Origin: an uncultured bacterium
Lineage (GTDB): Bacteria > Patescibacteriota > Minisyncoccia > Phycocordibacterales > Phycocordibacteraceae
DNA length: 59,812 bases
NCBI GenBank assembly: GCA_963851445.1
Contig: CAWKPH010000001.1
Location: 1-59,812, forward strand
Direction of reading: 5' to 3'
Below the pieces are notes generated by a model. It was not told where the DNA came from. It did no database searches and was given only the letters and a program-made list of their open reading frames with translations. Below, piece after piece: positions 17,196 through 26,483 of the stretch. Made by a program: the position numbers and the translations under genes. Position 1 is the first letter of the stretch, and each line of letters starts with the position of its first letter.

Positions 17196-19415
17196 ATGAG
17201 CGAGGAGGAACAGAGTCTGGAGAAATTCAAGAAGCCCTACGATTCAAGCGAGACTGAACCGCGCATCTATAAGGCATGGGAGGAAAGTGGTTACTTTAAT
17301 CCCGACAAGCTTCCGGATGCGCCGGACCGTGAGCCCTATACCATCATCCTTCCGCCGCCAAATGTCACAGGTATCCTTCACCTTGGTCACGCGTACGAGG
17401 ATTCCCTTCAGGACACGGTTGCGCGCTATCAGCGTATGCGTGGCAAGCGCGTCCTCTGGGTTCCGGGCGCAGATTCTGCTGCAATTGCAACTCAGGCGCG
17501 CGTTGAGAAAAATATACAGAAAGAAGAAGGTAAAAGTCGTCATGACTTGGGGCGCGATGAGCTAGTACGGCGGGTAAAAGAATTTGCAAAAAATAGCGAA
17601 GGCACAATTCTTTCGCAAATACGACGGATGGGTGCATCGCTTGATTGGTCTCGGTATCTCTACACCCTCGATGATCACCACGGCGACGCCGTGGCAACTG
17701 CATTTACAGATATGTATAACTCGGGCCTTATCTATCGTGGCAATCGTATTGTGAATTGGGATCCCAAGGGTCAGACAACTATTTCTGACGACGAGATTGT
17801 CTATGAAGCACGTTCAGCGAAACTCTATACGTTTAGATATTCGAAAGATTTTCCTATTCCAGTCGCTACGACGCGCCTTGAGACAAAGGTAGGCGATGTC
17901 GCCGTTGCGGTACATCCGGACGACAAACGATATGCTGCATTTGTTGGTAAAGAATATGATGCAATCTTCTGTGACGTTCCCATTCATATACGTATCATCA
18001 CCGATAAAGAGGTAGATCCCGACTACGGCACGGGCGCTCTTGGCGTCACTCCTGCACACAGCATGGTTGATTGGGACATCGCCGAGCGTAACAGCCTTCC
18101 AAAGGACAACGTCGTGCTAGATGAGTATGCAAAAATGACCGTATCTGGTCGTCTTGAGGGCATGAAGGCGGCCGATGCTCGCAGTGCTGTCGCCAATTGG
18201 CTACGAGACGAGGGGCTTCTCGAGAAGGAGGAGGACGTAGAACAGAACGTCGCGACTGCGGAACGTACGGGAGGTATTATTGAACCGCTCCCGAAACTCC
18301 AGTGGTTTGTGGCAGTTGATAAAGCATTCGAGGTTCCCTATTCAGAGATTACCAGCATCAAGAGTGGCGATACCGTTACCCTCAAAGAGCTCATGCGTAT
18401 CTCTGTAGAATCAGGTGATGTCAGTATGCCTCAGGAGAATTTCCGCAAGACGTACTTTCATTGGATTAGTAATCTGCATGACTGGTGTATCAGCCGTCAA
18501 ATTTGGTTTGGTCATCGTATTCCCGTTTGGTACCGGGGCGATGAAATTTACTGCGGCACAGAAGCTCCGAGTGGAGAGAATTGGGAACAGGATCCTGATG
18601 TCCTTGATACGTGGTTTTCTTCCGCGCTCTGGACCTTTTCGACACTCGGGTGGCCCGAAGAGACGGTTGATCTTCTTACGTACCATCCAACCTCATTTAT
18701 GTCACCTGCGTATGAGATTCTTCAGTTGTGGGTTTCGCGCATGATACTCATGAGTGGTTTCCATATGGGACAAGTACCATTCAAGCTTGTAATGATCCAC
18801 GGACTGGTACGTGATAAGAAGGGTCAGAAATTTAGCAAGTCGCTTGGAAATGGTTCTGACCCACTTGAAATGATTGATCGCTTTGGCGCAGACGCGCTTC
18901 GCATGGGTCTACTTGTTGGGACGGCAATTGGAAACGACATAAAATTTGATGAGGACAAAGTAAAAGGATATAAGCATTTTGCAAACAAGCTCTGGAATAT
19001 TGCGCGCTTCGTACTCGAAACCACTCATGACCTAACGGAGGAGCAAATTCAAGCTCCTAAGCTCACAAGTTTTGACGGTCTCATGATAGAGGAATTTAAT
19101 GATCTCGTAAAAGATGTTACGAAGGATCTCGATGAGTATCGGGTGTATCTCGCCGCTGAGAAGATATATCACTATATTTGGCATAAATTCGCTGACCAGA
19201 TCATTGAAGGCTCAAAAACACTCATTGCTGAAGAAGATCCGTTTACCCAGGTATCTCGTAAAGTACTTCTTCACACGCTTTTGGTGGGGTCTCTGAAGCT
19301 CCTACACCCTTTCATGCCATTCGTAACCGAAGAGATATGGCAAAGTGTTCCGGGGTGCGAAGGATTACTTATGATTGCCCCATGGCCCTCCCAAGGATCT
19401 GAAAATACAGCCTAA
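17196..19415 (+). CDS. valS: valine--tRNA ligase (short form, 739 aa)
   Basis: HIGH-type PPPNVTGILHLGHA, the KMSKS motif KFSKSLGN and editing-domain TTRLETKVGDVAVAVHP. It ends soon after the anticodon-binding domain, and I saw no long C-terminal coiled coil. Confidence 0.92.
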   Translation: MSEEEQSLEKFKKPYDSSETEPRIYKAWEESGYFNPDKLPDAPDREPYTIILPPPNVTGILHLGHAYEDSLQDTVARYQRMRGKRVLWVPGADSAAIATQARVEKNIQKEEGKSRHDLGRDELVRRVKEFAKNSEGTILSQIRRMGASLDWSRYLYTLDDHHGDAVATAFTDMYNSGLIYRGNRIVNWDPKGQTTISDDEIVYEARSAKLYTFRYSKDFPIPVATTRLETKVGDVAVAVHPDDKRYAAFVGKEYDAIFCDVPIHIRIITDKEVDPDYGTGALGVTPAHSMVDWDIAERNSLPKDNVVLDEYAKMTVSGRLEGMKAADARSAVANWLRDEGLLEKEEDVEQNVATAERTGGIIEPLPKLQWFVAVDKAFEVPYSEITSIKSGDTVTLKELMRISVESGDVSMPQENFRKTYFHWISNLHDWCISRQIWFGHRIPVWYRGDEIYCGTEAPSGENWEQDPDVLDTWFSSALWTFSTLGWPEETVDLLTYHPTSFMSPAYEILQLWVSRMILMSGFHMGQVPFKLVMIHGLVRDKKGQKFSKSLGNGSDPLEMIDRFGADALRMGLLVGTAIGNDIKFDEDKVKGYKHFANKLWNIARFVLETTHDLTEEQIQAPKLTSFDGLMIEEFNDLVKDVTKDLDEYRVYLAAEKIYHYIWHKFADQIIEGSKTLIAEEDPFTQVSRKVLLHTLLVGSLKLLHPFMPFVTEEIWQSVPGCEGLLMIAPWPSQGSENTA

Positions 19416-19499
19416 AAATTGACGCTACTGCTGTTTGGTGCTTTATTATATGTGGGGCTGTGACAAAAATTGGCATAGCAAAAATTGGAAGTGAGTGAG

Positions 19500-19991
19500 A
19501 TGCATGGATGTTGGGTTGGTACGGTTGAACGTTTTGATACCCATAAGAATTTTGGCGTTGCAGTAGTTCCGCTTACTCCCGAGGGGAGCATTTATGAAAC
19601 GCGGGGAAAATTTTTCTTTAGGCCTGAGGGGTATTTGGATGAAGAATTCTCTCTTTATCCGAGCGAACGGCTACCCCAAGCTGGTGAGGAGATTGAAATT
19701 GCAGACCTCAATACAGATGGCGGCGCAATTAGTTCCTGGCGTTATGTGTTTATTAGCTTTCCGGGTCTGTGTGCGAAATTCGGGTTGACGCCAGAAAGAG
19801 CTGCGAATTTGATCGACGGAGGCAAATCAGCACCAGCGCTTGGTTTTGACCTTCGTTTCAAGAATCCTAGCGGCAGCAACCCGCGTACGTGGCAAATACA
19901 TCGTAACGATGAGCAAGAGTTTGTTGACCGCCTAAAAACGTGGCAAGAGGGACATGAGACGCCTGCACGTCGACCCGTATCCAAAAAATAA
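19500..19991 (+). CDS. hypothetical protein with a weak cold-shock/OB-like N-terminus
   Basis: GGAAGTGAG Shine-Dalgarno-like sequence before the ATG at 19500. GTVERFDTHKNFGVAVV loosely resembles the CSD motif G-VKWFN--KGFGFI. I recognised nothing in the rest. A terminator follows. Confidence 0.5.
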   Translation: MHGCWVGTVERFDTHKNFGVAVVPLTPEGSIYETRGKFFFRPEGYLDEEFSLYPSERLPQAGEEIEIADLNTDGGAISSWRYVFISFPGLCAKFGLTPERAANLIDGGKSAPALGFDLRFKNPSGSNPRTWQIHRNDEQEFVDRLKTWQEGHETPARRPVSKK

Positions 19992-20016
19992 GAGCTGCGA
20001 TTTAATTTTAGTACGT

Positions 20017-20047
20017 CCCAGGTGTGAAGTGCCTGGGGCGATTTTTA
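20017..20047 (+). terminator. rho-independent terminator
   Basis: CCCAGG-TGTGAAGTG-CCTGGG followed by GCGATTTTTA, 26 nt after the stop at 19991. Confidence 0.65.
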
Positions 20048-20106
20048 TACTTCATGTGCAAGGCAATCGATAATTAAGCGCTATTGATACCGTATACTAG
20101 GAGGAC

Positions 20107-20817
20107 ATGGATTCATTGTCCTTTTCAACGATACTCGTTGCAGTTGCCTGCGGAGTTGTTCCTCCTTTGATCTGGCTTTATTTTCTTCTTCACGAGGCGC
20201 GTGAACATCCCGAACCTCGCACGCTCATTTTTATCGCGTTTCTTTCGGGCATGCTTGCCGTTGGAGTTGCTATACCCCTTGAGAGCATTGCTGCTGCTCA
20301 CTTTCCAAATGGTCTTGAGCTCATAATCTCATGGGCAGTTATTGAGGAAACTGCTAAGTATGGCCTGACCGCCATATTCGTCCTATGCCGCAAACAAGTA
20401 CATGAGCCTATGGATATTGTTATTTACATGCTCACCACCGCACTCGGTTTTGCCGCCCTCGAGAACACCCTCTTTCTTATCGCGCCATTCGCCCAGGACA
20501 CCGTTACGACTGGACTCATAACAGATAACTTGCGTTTCTTTGGCTCAACGCTTCTCCACGTTGTTGCCTCTTCGGCTATCGGTTTTGCGCTCGCATTTTC
20601 CTACGCCAAAAGTCGCCCCATTAGAACCGTTGCTGCTGCCGCAGGACTTATCCTCGCAGTTGCATTGCACACTGTTTTCAACTTTTTTATAATAAACGAG
20701 AACGGCTCCGAGACGATCATTGCCTTCTTTATCGTATGGACCGGAGCAATTGTCTTTTTCGCTCTTTTTGAAGTCCTCAAATACTTCCGGAACCGAAATT
20801 TACCCATCACTACCTGA
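20107..20817 (+). CDS. PrsW-family intramembrane glutamic/metalloprotease
   Basis: Polytopic membrane protein with EETAKY (E-E-x-x-K), ALENTLF, LLHVV and HTVFNF (H-x3-N) motifs in PrsW order. Confidence 0.75.
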   Translation: MDSLSFSTILVAVACGVVPPLIWLYFLLHEAREHPEPRTLIFIAFLSGMLAVGVAIPLESIAAAHFPNGLELIISWAVIEETAKYGLTAIFVLCRKQVHEPMDIVIYMLTTALGFAALENTLFLIAPFAQDTVTTGLITDNLRFFGSTLLHVVASSAIGFALAFSYAKSRPIRTVAAAAGLILAVALHTVFNFFIINENGSETIIAFFIVWTGAIVFFALFEVLKYFRNRNLPITT

Positions 20818-20831
20818 TATACTAGTTTGAT

Positions 20832-21395
20832 ATGGCAAATCCCAATAACAAGCGACGATCTTTCTTTGAACGACTCTCTGGTTCGGTTCCAGCCGGTGAG
20901 GACTACGATGCGTACGAGGATGACTATGGCCAACCGCCGCCAATGCCTGCGCGTAGGGTAGCCCCTATGGCTCAGCAAGCTGCTCCTTTTACCCAGTCCC
21001 CTGCGGCAGCACCCAGCCAGCATGTGCAGGCACTCGCACCAATGTTTCGAGACGATGAACCAGACGAGGGCCAGCTTCCCGTTGATGTATACGAGACCGC
21101 AAGTGAAATTGTCATTCGCACCTTCATTGCGGGTGTCCGCCCTGATGACATGAACGTCTCTATTGGCCGAGATATGGTTACAATCGAGGGTTCGCGCGAG
21201 GAACGTGCATCAGTCCCTGAGAGCGATTATTTTCATCATGAGCTCTTCTGGGGCTCTTTTACGCGAACAATTCTCCTTCCCCAGGAGGTGGACGTTGACA
21301 ACGCTTCAGCCGGTGCAAAAGATGGTCTCTTGACCCTCATTCTTCCTAAACTCGATAAAGCGCGACAGACGAAGCTTCGTATCAAGGCGGGGTAG
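20832..21395 (+). CDS. Hsp20/alpha-crystallin small heat-shock protein
   Basis: Disordered N-terminus, then an alpha-crystallin domain: PVDVYETASEIVIRTFIAGVRPDDMNVSI...GAKDGLLTLILPK. Confidence 0.85.
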   Translation: MANPNNKRRSFFERLSGSVPAGEDYDAYEDDYGQPPPMPARRVAPMAQQAAPFTQSPAAAPSQHVQALAPMFRDDEPDEGQLPVDVYETASEIVIRTFIAGVRPDDMNVSIGRDMVTIEGSREERASVPESDYFHHELFWGSFTRTILLPQEVDVDNASAGAKDGLLTLILPKLDKARQTKLRIKAG

Positions 21396-21398
21396 TGT

Positions 21399-21471
21399 GT
21401 GCCTGGGGCCGGGCTCGAACCGGCGACCCCTTCCTCTTCAGGGAAATGCTCTACCAACTGAGCTACCCAAG
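21399..21471 (-). tRNA. tRNA-Phe (anticodon GAA)
   Basis: Hand-folded. Acceptor GCTTGGG/CCCAGGC (one T-G pair), anticodon arm TTTCC-CTGAAGA-GGAAG and T-arm GCCGG-TTCGAGC-CCGGC. Confidence 0.88.
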
Positions 21472-21512
21472 CAGTACAGGCACTTTACCATATTGAATCT
21501 CCCTTTTCATTA

Positions 21513-21584
21513 GTGCCACCAGCAGGAATCGGACCTACATTTAGGGCTTAGGAGTCCCTCGTTCTATCCATTGAACTATGGCGG
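21513..21584 (-). tRNA. tRNA-Arg (anticodon CCT), with non-canonical positions
   Basis: Hand-folded. Acceptor GCCGCCA/TGGTGGC, anticodon loop CTCCTAA and T-arm GTAGG-TCCGATT-CCTGC. There is an A31-G39 mismatch and C instead of T at T-loop position 55. Confidence 0.7.
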
Positions 21585-21603
21585 CTTAGGATGAGACTAA
21601 CAT

Positions 21604-21637
21604 GAAAGCGTGCGGGCTGCAGAGCCCGCACGCTTTC
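21604..21637. terminator. 14-bp GC-rich hairpin, likely terminator for the glutaredoxin-like gene (and insulator before the tRNAs)
   Basis: GAAAGCGTGCGGGC-TGCAGA-GCCCGCACGCTTTC, 14 nt downstream of the stop at 21651 on the minus strand. Confidence 0.65.
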
Positions 21638-21650
21638 TCATTTGCTCTAC

Positions 21651-21899
21651 TTAAGCCCCGATGCCAAGCGCCTGTGTTAATTTCTCCTTATCGAACCCCA
21701 CAATCACTTCCTTATCAATCACAATCACTGGTACGGCGAGCTTGCCGGTTAAATCCACCACTTCTTGACGCCTCGCGGGGTCAGCTGCAGCATTATATTC
21801 CGTATAGTTTACGTCATTCTCCTTAAAAAACTCCTTTGTCATCTGACAGAAATGACAGGTGGGCGTGCTATAGATTACAACATTTTTATCGGTGGCCAT
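21651..21899 (-). CDS. glutaredoxin-like protein (NrdH/YruB type)
   Basis: 82 aa. VVIYSTPTCHFCQMTKEFF carries a CxxC motif in a thioredoxin-fold context, and VPVIVID follows. Confidence 0.85.
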   Translation of the reverse strand: MATDKNVVIYSTPTCHFCQMTKEFFKENDVNYTEYNAAADPARRQEVVDLTGKLAVPVIVIDKEVIVGFDKEKLTQALGIGA

Positions 21900-21958
21900 G
21901 GTTTCTTGATTAGTTTCTTATAGCTAGTATATCACTTAGAGTTATCCACAGAAGTGCC

Positions 21959-22723
21959 TTACTTCGTTTTATTGTCACCTTTAATCATATTGAACGCCTC
22001 TTGCACAGTTGTCATGAATTGTGCAGGGAAAATAATAGTCGAATTCTTCTCGACACTGATCTCAGCCATGGTTTGAAGGGTGCGCAACTGAAGCGCGACA
22101 GGGTGCGCGCTCATGATGTCTGCAGCCTCTCCGAGCTTTACGGCTGCCTGGAATTCCCCTTCTGCCGCAACAATCTTCGCACGCCGCTCACGTTCCGCCT
22201 CAGCCTCTTTTGCCATTGCCCGCTGCATGTTATCCGGAAGTGTGATGTCCTTAATTTCGACTGCCGTCACCTCGATACCCCATGGCTCGGTATGGCCATC
22301 AATCACCTCCTTAATCTTTTGGTTGATGTTCAGTGTCTGTGAGAGGAGCTGATCGAGACTGAACTGCCCCACGATATTGCGAACAGTCGTCTGACTAATC
22401 TGATTGATTGCAGAACTCACATTCTCAATGGCAATTACTGACTTGGCAGCGTCGGCAGTGTGATAATAAGCAACGGCAGCGATGTCGATTGATACGTTGT
22501 CTTTCGTGATGATCTTCTGCGATGGAATGTTCATCGTGATAGTACGAAGCGATACTCGTGTCATCATTTCAATGATCGGTATGAGGAAGATGAGTCCTGG
22601 CCCGCGTACGTCTTTAAATCTGCCTAGTGAGAATACGACTCCTCGATCATATTCCTTGACGATGCGGATTGATGAAAACAGGAGAACAATAGCGATGACG
22701 AGGATGCTGTAAGTTATGGACAT
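21959..22723 (-). CDS. SPFH/band-7 (stomatin/slipin-like) membrane protein
   Basis: N-terminal TM segment, VKEYDRGVVFSLGRF, then the PSQKIITKDNVSIDIAAVAYY block and a charged coiled-coil tail AMAKEAEAERERRAKIVAAEGE. The start could be 22723 or 22813. Confidence 0.85.
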   Translation of the reverse strand: MSITYSILVIAIVLLFSSIRIVKEYDRGVVFSLGRFKDVRGPGLIFLIPIIEMMTRVSLRTITMNIPSQKIITKDNVSIDIAAVAYYHTADAAKSVIAIENVSSAINQISQTTVRNIVGQFSLDQLLSQTLNINQKIKEVIDGHTEPWGIEVTAVEIKDITLPDNMQRAMAKEAEAERERRAKIVAAEGEFQAAVKLGEAADIMSAHPVALQLRTLQTMAEISVEKNSTIIFPAQFMTTVQEAFNMIKGDNKTK

Positions 22724-22809
22724 GGTGGTGAGATTATTGGTGTCGAGGATGCTAGCACTATAGTTCAATCTGGGAGCGATGCAATGTGGGCATGCATGTC
22801 GCTTCGGCA

Positions 22810-23976
22810 TCACTCCATTGCGGCTGAAGCTGTAATTGAGGATGAGCCTGGCTGATTGACCTGGACATGGCTCGAGAGAAGTCGGTCATTGATGATTACA
22901 AAACCAAGCGCAACGACAACGAGAGACATAGCTCCAAGTGTGGCAGTCATACGCGGCAAGCGACTACGATAAATGAGAGCGGCTATAAGCACGGAGATAA
23001 AGAATGCTGCAATTATGATGAATATTGTATTAGCTACAGTGAATGGCGATGCTAGAAGTTTTTGGAACTCGCCTGGTTGAAGTGCGAACTCGGTTCCTGA
23101 GAGGTTGGAGGTCTCTGTGCCGAGCACACTGGAGTTTGGAGCTTTTGCGGGTACCGCAGATGGCTCGGTCTCTGGGGCAAGCCCTACCGGGTTACTTGTC
23201 GTCATGAGTTCGGTTGGTGGTGGAATTGCTTCACTCGATTTTGCGGTAGTGAGTTTTGTAGGTGGCGCTGGTGGACTCGGTGTTGGCGCCGTATTTGTTG
23301 GTAGTGTCGGAACCACTCCTACATCTCCGGTACCTCCAAGGTCAGATGATGCTCCGCCCTCAGGTGTCGCGAATTCCTGCACAACGAATATTGCAGATTG
23401 TCCTTCATACATGCCAGTGGCCATGCCAACACCTGTTTCGGTATATTGCTGCTTTAATATATTAGCGCGGTGTGTAGGTGAATTCATCCATGCATTTACA
23501 ACTGCATCCGAATCAGTGAAATTCACGGCCAAGTTCTCTCCTGCATACTGGAAGTTATACCCGACCAGATTGAACCAGTACCATGGCGTAATACCACTAG
23601 GACTCACGTGAGCAAAGTATCCTTTTGTTGCCTCATCATTGGCCTTATCTTGGGCCGCTTCGGTGAGCAGCGGATTCACTGTGAGTGCTGGAAGGCCATT
23701 ACCCGTGCGCTGGGTATTGATGAGGTCGGCAACAACAGCTGGAAGAATACTGGCGAGGTAATTCTGGCTCTTAAACACGAGTGAACTTTGCGCCATTACT
23801 CCCACCTCAAGGATGAGAGCGAAACAGAGTATGCTCATGACAATTTCGCGCTTCAGGACATGCGGATGATGGTTATTTTCCTTCATCGGCAAGACTGTGT
23901 GCTTGAAGTGATGAACGAGGGTCTTTCTGCGGCGAGGAGTGCGCAAGATCTTGGATGAAATCTTTTTAGCAGCCAT
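22810..23976 (-). CDS. membrane-anchored CAP/SCP (PR-1-like) domain protein with a Pro/Thr-rich linker
   Basis: GYFAHVSPSG, YAGENLA and WMNSPTHRANIL are CAP-domain motifs. An N-terminal TM segment, the PT-rich stretch PTLPTNTAPTPSPPAPPT and two C-terminal TM segments complete the protein. Confidence 0.75.
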   Translation of the reverse strand: MAAKKISSKILRTPRRRKTLVHHFKHTVLPMKENNHHPHVLKREIVMSILCFALILEVGVMAQSSLVFKSQNYLASILPAVVADLINTQRTGNGLPALTVNPLLTEAAQDKANDEATKGYFAHVSPSGITPWYWFNLVGYNFQYAGENLAVNFTDSDAVVNAWMNSPTHRANILKQQYTETGVGMATGMYEGQSAIFVVQEFATPEGGASSDLGGTGDVGVVPTLPTNTAPTPSPPAPPTKLTTAKSSEAIPPPTELMTTSNPVGLAPETEPSAVPAKAPNSSVLGTETSNLSGTEFALQPGEFQKLLASPFTVANTIFIIIAAFFISVLIAALIYRSRLPRMTATLGAMSLVVVALGFVIINDRLLSSHVQVNQPGSSSITASAAME

Positions 23977-24027
23977 GGGTTAATGCTCAAAAATAGCCTT
24001 TACTTTATAAGTATGACACATAAATGC

Positions 24028-24062
24028 GAACATCTCGCACCTAACCAAGGTGCGAGATGTTC
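24028..24062 (-). terminator. 14-bp perfect hairpin downstream of the PG-binding gene
   Basis: GAACATCTCGCACC-TAACCAA-GGTGCGAGATGTTC, 28 nt past the stop at 24090. The T-tract is weak. Confidence 0.5.
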
Positions 24063-24089
24063 TAGAAAATTTCTCGCCTATCTAGAGCA

Positions 24090-24611
24090 TTACGGGAGTA
24101 TAGGAGCTGAGACGCCGTTCGTTGGACAAGATATGTGGTTTATCTCCCATTTCGTGGTCTTGTATACGTAGCCCGTGGGGGTACTTGCGCTCTGGAGACC
24201 AAGGGGTACCCACGGAGCAAGAACACTTGCACTCTGTTGGGTCTGGAATTCCTCAACTGCCTTGAAGGTCATAGGACCAAAGTATCCAGTTACTGGAATG
24301 CTTAGTCCAAGTTGTTGGTTAAGGAAAGTTTGAAGGAGTTCCACCTGATCAGCCGAATTGTTCCTACCTTCACGCAAGTATGAGGTGAGCTGAGGACCAC
24401 ATTCAGCTCCAAGGACTGCAGGAGCTCCAGAAGAAGTTGATGTACCAAGAACTTGACCTTGAGGCTGAGCTGACTGACCCGAGATTCCAAAGAATCCTCC
24501 AAAACCTACAGAGGGACCGCCGCCGCCGTACTGTGCATGTACGAGCGGGGACGATATAAAAAACAATCCTCCAAAAACAATTAGACTGAAGACGATTTTT
24601 TGATAACTCAT
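24090..24611 (-). CDS. secreted peptidoglycan-binding-domain (PG_binding_1-like) protein
   Basis: Signal/TM N-terminus, a Gly-rich linker, then VELLQTFLNQQLGLSIPVTGYFGPMTFKAVEEFQ, the typical PG-binding repeat pattern. Confidence 0.7.
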   Translation of the reverse strand: MSYQKIVFSLIVFGGLFFISSPLVHAQYGGGGPSVGFGGFFGISGQSAQPQGQVLGTSTSSGAPAVLGAECGPQLTSYLREGRNNSADQVELLQTFLNQQLGLSIPVTGYFGPMTFKAVEEFQTQQSASVLAPWVPLGLQSASTPTGYVYKTTKWEINHISCPTNGVSAPILP

Positions 24612-24672
24612 AAATTAAGGTTTAAATTATTATTGTCTGCATTATAACACAAAGCTCTGAAATGCCCATTAC

Positions 24673-26322
24673 TTACAAATATACTATACAGAGTAAAATT
24701 GCAGTTAGCAAGATAGTATAAATACCCAGCATTTTGAGTTGCCAAATCTGAAGAGATACTGCTGTGATCTGACCTTCTGCCATTTGCCTCTCGTGAGTTT
24801 CTTCCATGGAACGGTACATCATCCACAGCAGCATTAGAGAAAAGAATGAGTTATAGAATATCCAAAACTGAAGAAAATAATAATTATAATTAAGCAAATG
24901 AATCATTCCAAGGCGGAATGCTAGCGCAATAAGGGAGAAATAGGCTAAGACGTATATATATAAGACTACAACAGCTTGTCTGAATGCAAGAGACACTCCG
25001 AGAGATTTTACGTTCGTTGGTATCCAACCAACGCTTGATTTTAACATTGTAGTTATTACCGCATGACTGTACGCATAGACCTGTACGAAAAGTGCCTGGA
25101 AACTTCCCCATCTAAATGGGGCAATTGCGAAGAAAAATAGGATGAGGAATCCCCAGACCGTGGCTGGATAAAATAGCATCCCTCCCGTAAAAGAGATGGT
25201 GCTGTTATAGAAGAATAAGGCCCAGAAGAGTTGAAAAGAGAATATGATGGAAATAGGTTGATATAAATAAAATAAGAAACCAACAGAATAGCACCACTTT
25301 GTTTTCCATGAAATCTTTGATTCCCAAAAATCCTTACTAAGCGCTAACGTGATACTACCAGTTGACCATCTATGTTGTTGATGAAAATAAGAATGAGCAT
25401 CGGAAGGACAGACACCGATAGCTAAGATTATAGGGATGTATTTCACTCGCCATCCGGCATTAGTTAGCCTAAAGCCGGTGATGGCATCTTCGCTGTGTTC
25501 CACCATCACCGGACCTCCGATCGAGTCGAGCGCCTTGCGCCGATATATTGCATTTGACCCACAACAAATAGCTCCAGCGAATCGATCTCTAGAAACTTGT
25601 ATATAGCGGTAAAAAGGCTCTTGAACCTGACCTGCTCCATACTCTAAAGACGAACGTTTGTGGACCTTATTTGAGGCTTCAAAATATTGAGGAGATTGTA
25701 CTATGGCTGTTTTTTCATTGGTCATATATGGTAATAAATCATGCAGAAAATCAGGATGCGGAGCGAAATCCGCATCAAATATTGCAATGAACTCATTCGC
25801 AGAGTGACCGAATGCATATTTAAGGTTTCCTGCTTTTTTCATATAGCCTTTATCGGGGCGCGCTAGATATTTAAAACCGTACTCTTTTGCTACGCGCTCA
25901 TGTTCTCCGCAATTCTCCTTAGAATCGTCTAATACATACACTTTTTTGTTAGAATATCTGAGCTCAGAAACGTTTCTCCATGTATTTTCAATCAATGAGA
26001 AATCCTCTCCACAAATTGGCAAAAAAACGTCAACGGACGGTTCTTCACGATCTTGCCAATAATCTCTTATGAGAGCTTCATGCTCAGGTATATTGTACTG
26101 GCGATAAAAAAGATTCAAACTGTAACTTAAAATAAAGTAGACTGTGAAGAATATGAGAAACGGTGCAGCGACATATCGATAGAATGGAACATAAATAACT
26201 GCGCCACTAAAACCTAGTAATATACAAAGCCAGGTTAAAATACTAATTATATAAACACCACGCACCAACCATGTTGGTGTTCTTCTAATATATAAATATT
26301 TATCTATATCCTTTGGATCCAT
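24673..26322 (-). CDS. processive family-2 glycosyltransferase (cellulose/beta-glucan synthase-like)
   Basis: D, DxD, ED and QxxRW signature in order: VLDDSKE, FDADFAP, QSPQYF, SEDAITG and QQHRWSTG. TM helices flank it on both sides. I saw no PilZ-like C-terminus. Confidence 0.85.
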   Translation of the reverse strand: MDPKDIDKYLYIRRTPTWLVRGVYIISILTWLCILLGFSGAVIYVPFYRYVAAPFLIFFTVYFILSYSLNLFYRQYNIPEHEALIRDYWQDREEPSVDVFLPICGEDFSLIENTWRNVSELRYSNKKVYVLDDSKENCGEHERVAKEYGFKYLARPDKGYMKKAGNLKYAFGHSANEFIAIFDADFAPHPDFLHDLLPYMTNEKTAIVQSPQYFEASNKVHKRSSLEYGAGQVQEPFYRYIQVSRDRFAGAICCGSNAIYRRKALDSIGGPVMVEHSEDAITGFRLTNAGWRVKYIPIILAIGVCPSDAHSYFHQQHRWSTGSITLALSKDFWESKISWKTKWCYSVGFLFYLYQPISIIFSFQLFWALFFYNSTISFTGGMLFYPATVWGFLILFFFAIAPFRWGSFQALFVQVYAYSHAVITTMLKSSVGWIPTNVKSLGVSLAFRQAVVVLYIYVLAYFSLIALAFRLGMIHLLNYNYYFLQFWIFYNSFFSLMLLWMMYRSMEETHERQMAEGQITAVSLQIWQLKMLGIYTILLTAILLCIVYL

Positions 26323-26483
26323 GTCTTGGAGATTTATACAACTATATTTATAGCAGAATAAAGAATCTACTTAATATCTCAAAGTGCCCAAACTTAGCAC
26401 TTATAGTATGATAGCGGCATTCTAATATGGATAAGATATATGTCAAAATTGACATATATCTTATAGTTGAGATTCTAAAATGT

